DNA from: a virus
Direction: 5' to 3' (one strand)
Length of the DNA: 64,000 nt
IMG/VR virus record: IMGVR_UViG_3300036790_000211
Span: 6,512-70,511 of that record
Shown here: positions 62,435 through 64,000 of the stretch, one piece after another
Layout: every line of letters starts with the position of its first letter
Position numbering within the stretch: the first letter of the stretch is position 1
Translations under genes and position numbers: made by a program
The notes under the pieces: generated by a model
Told to the model about the DNA's origin: nothing
What the model saw: the letters and a program-made list of their open reading frames with translations, nothing else
Database searches by the model: none

Positions 62435-62468
62435 CCCGGGTGCCACCCCGGGAAGTGAGTCAGGAGGA
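62435..62468 (+). promoter_or_regulatory. UGCCAC-loop hairpin element
   Basis: CCCGGG-TGCCAC-CCCGGG-AA-GTGAGTCAGGAGG. Confidence 0.75.
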
Positions 62469-62475
62469 AGAGACC

Positions 62476-62721
62476 GTGATAGCCGAGCACCGTGCGCCCA
62501 TCGTCGAGGCGGCGCCGCACACCGTCCGCGCCTACATGGACAGGACTGAGATGGTCCAGCCCGCGCCGACGCTGACCGATGCGGAGGCGCTGTTCGAGAT
62601 GTCCCAGGTCCTCAACACCGAGCCGGTATGGGACGACGTCGACTGCCTGCCGAAGCTGGTCGAGCTCCTGCAGCGGACCGGGCGCGTCGTGAACCCGAAG
62701 CGGGAGGGCGACTACTCATGA
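62476..62721 (+). CDS. hypothetical protein
   Basis: AGGAGG SD, GTG start. Confidence 0.6.
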   Translation: MIAEHRAPIVEAAPHTVRAYMDRTEMVQPAPTLTDAEALFEMSQVLNTEPVWDDVDCLPKLVELLQRTGRVVNPKREGDYS

Positions 62722-62957
62722 ACCGCATCAGACGGACGTTCGCCGCGTTGCGCGCCTACTTCGACGCTCGACCAGCAGAGTTCCACGATCCCACCGGCCA
62801 GGCCCCCAGGAGCTACGCCGCGAGCATTTCCGCCCTCCACCTGACGCCGGAGGAGTGGCACGACAGCCTCGACGCCCAGCTCGATGAGTTGTTCCGCACC
62901 GTTCGCAGCTGCGAGCGCGCGTGGGCCATTTTCCCCGAGCTGAGGGGGGGCCGGTGA
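62718..62957 (+). CDS. hypothetical protein
   Basis: ATGA overlap. Confidence 0.55.
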   Translation: MNRIRRTFAALRAYFDARPAEFHDPTGQAPRSYAASISALHLTPEEWHDSLDAQLDELFRTVRSCERAWAIFPELRGGR

Positions 62958-63166
62958 AGTACGTCGACGCCACCCTGATCCCGGAGGCCCTGGGCTCGAC
63001 CCAGGACCACCTCACGCTCCTCGGTCACGACGCCGAGTTGATGCCCGCCTCCGTGTCGAGCCCCCGCGTCTGGATCGCCACCTGCGCATGCGGACGTGAC
63101 CTGTTCATCAACGCGGACGGCAGCGACCCGCTCGGGACCCTGCTCGACAACCAGTGCGACCGATGA
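62954..63166 (+). CDS. hypothetical protein
   Basis: GTGA overlap; CACG. Confidence 0.55.
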   Translation: MKYVDATLIPEALGSTQDHLTLLGHDAELMPASVSSPRVWIATCACGRDLFINADGSDPLGTLLDNQCDR

Positions 63167-63414
63167 CCTACTTCACCTACGGTCCAGACGACTACGTCCT
63201 GGCCGCGGACAAGGCCCAGGAGATGGCCGACAAGACAGAGATGACCTGGTGGGTGATCGAGAAGTTCGATGACGAGAAGCCCAACGAGGTGACGTTCTAC
63301 AAGGCCATGTCCGAGCAGGACGCCAGGCGCTACATCGCGGAGAGCACGACAGCCCGCCTGGCCGAGACGTTCGACCCGCAGCCGCCGAAGGCCGATCCCT
63401 GGGACGACCGATGA
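63163..63414 (+). CDS. hypothetical protein
   Basis: ATGA overlap. Confidence 0.6.
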   Translation: MTYFTYGPDDYVLAADKAQEMADKTEMTWWVIEKFDDEKPNEVTFYKAMSEQDARRYIAESTTARLAETFDPQPPKADPWDDR

Positions 63415-63836
63415 AGCCCTACCGCGAGCGGCTGGAGGGCACCCGTCGCGGGCTGGCCGAGAAGATCAACTACTTCGAGAGTTCCTGGGGGATTCCGGGC
63501 TCACGCGAGATTCGCCGGATCAACGAGATGCGGCTGGTCGAGGCGAAGCTCGCCGCCCTCCCCTCTCCCCTACCGCACGACCTGCCGACGTCCGTCGACC
63601 TGGTGCTGGACGTGCCGGTCGTGCTCTACGACGACGGGCAGCCGATCGAGGAGACACCGCGCCAGGCGATAGACGCCGGCGCCGCCTACCGCTGCACCAA
63701 CCCCGAGTGCATGGGAGCACTCACAGCCCTGGAAATCGTCATGCGCGACCGCCTCTGCGGGCACTGCGCGGACAAGGCGGCCGACGCCCTCGCTGAGTAC
63801 GGCGAGGAAGTGTGGCCGGAGGAGATAGCGATCTGA
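63411..63836 (+). CDS. hypothetical Zn-finger protein
   Basis: CTNPEC...CGHC. Confidence 0.6.
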   Translation: MKPYRERLEGTRRGLAEKINYFESSWGIPGSREIRRINEMRLVEAKLAALPSPLPHDLPTSVDLVLDVPVVLYDDGQPIEETPRQAIDAGAAYRCTNPECMGALTALEIVMRDRLCGHCADKAADALAEYGEEVWPEEIAI

Positions 63837-64000
63837 TGGCCAAGATGCTCACCGACCTGGAGTGGGTCAAGCTCGCAGCGTCCAGGGATGAGATGCGGGC
63901 CAAGGGGGTGCTCTGCGGGATCCACGTCCGAGAGGACGGAGTCGCTGAGGCGACGGACGGACACCGCTTCCACCGCGCTCCCGTGGAGGGCTTCCCGGCC
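63836..64000 (+). CDS. DnaN (beta-clamp)-like protein, 3'-truncated
   Basis: AASRDEMR..VLCGIHV....EATDGHR. Confidence 0.55.
   Translation, partial: MAKMLTDLEWVKLAASRDEMRAKGVLCGIHVREDGVAEATDGHRFHRAPVEGFPA

Noticed and set aside
62435-62475. Resemblance of GCCAC...GGGAAG...GAGTCAGGAG to the cobalamin riboswitch B12 box
   Set aside because: The elements are far too short, lack the 5' core and the ACCUGCC end, and here GCCAC sits in a simple hairpin loop.

Overview
High-GC tailed dsDNA phage sequence, probably most of a genome slightly larger than the window: the window opens inside an FtsK/TraB-like gene and closes inside a DnaN-like gene. No host housekeeping genes, tRNA, rRNA or CRISPR array were recognised. 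Plus strand 1-18,970: regulators, Bet/RecT, PD-(D/E)XK nuclease, DnaB, VRR-NUC, ParB, a secreted LPDTG protein and a tyrosine recombinase. Minus strand 54,906 to 19,138: a VTC/CYTH enzyme, a HAD hydrolase, a VIT1/CCC1 transporter and small membrane proteins, a sigma-region-4 protein, a ParB-fused DNA methylase, terminase, a T4-like portal/protease/gp23-type capsid, a four-enzyme glycosyl/methyltransferase cassette, neck and tail genes, and GH25 lysis. Then an RHH/DUF2637 operon, a low-GC intergenic block and a second plus-strand block with an SNF2 helicase. The most striking unexplained signal is a repeated, always sense-oriented leader element: a hairpin with an invariant UGCCAC loop on a covarying stem (9 copies plus one AGCCAA-loop variant), usually followed by a GUGAGUCA-type box just before the Shine-Dalgarno. 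All family assignments come from motif recognition by eye, not from database searches.
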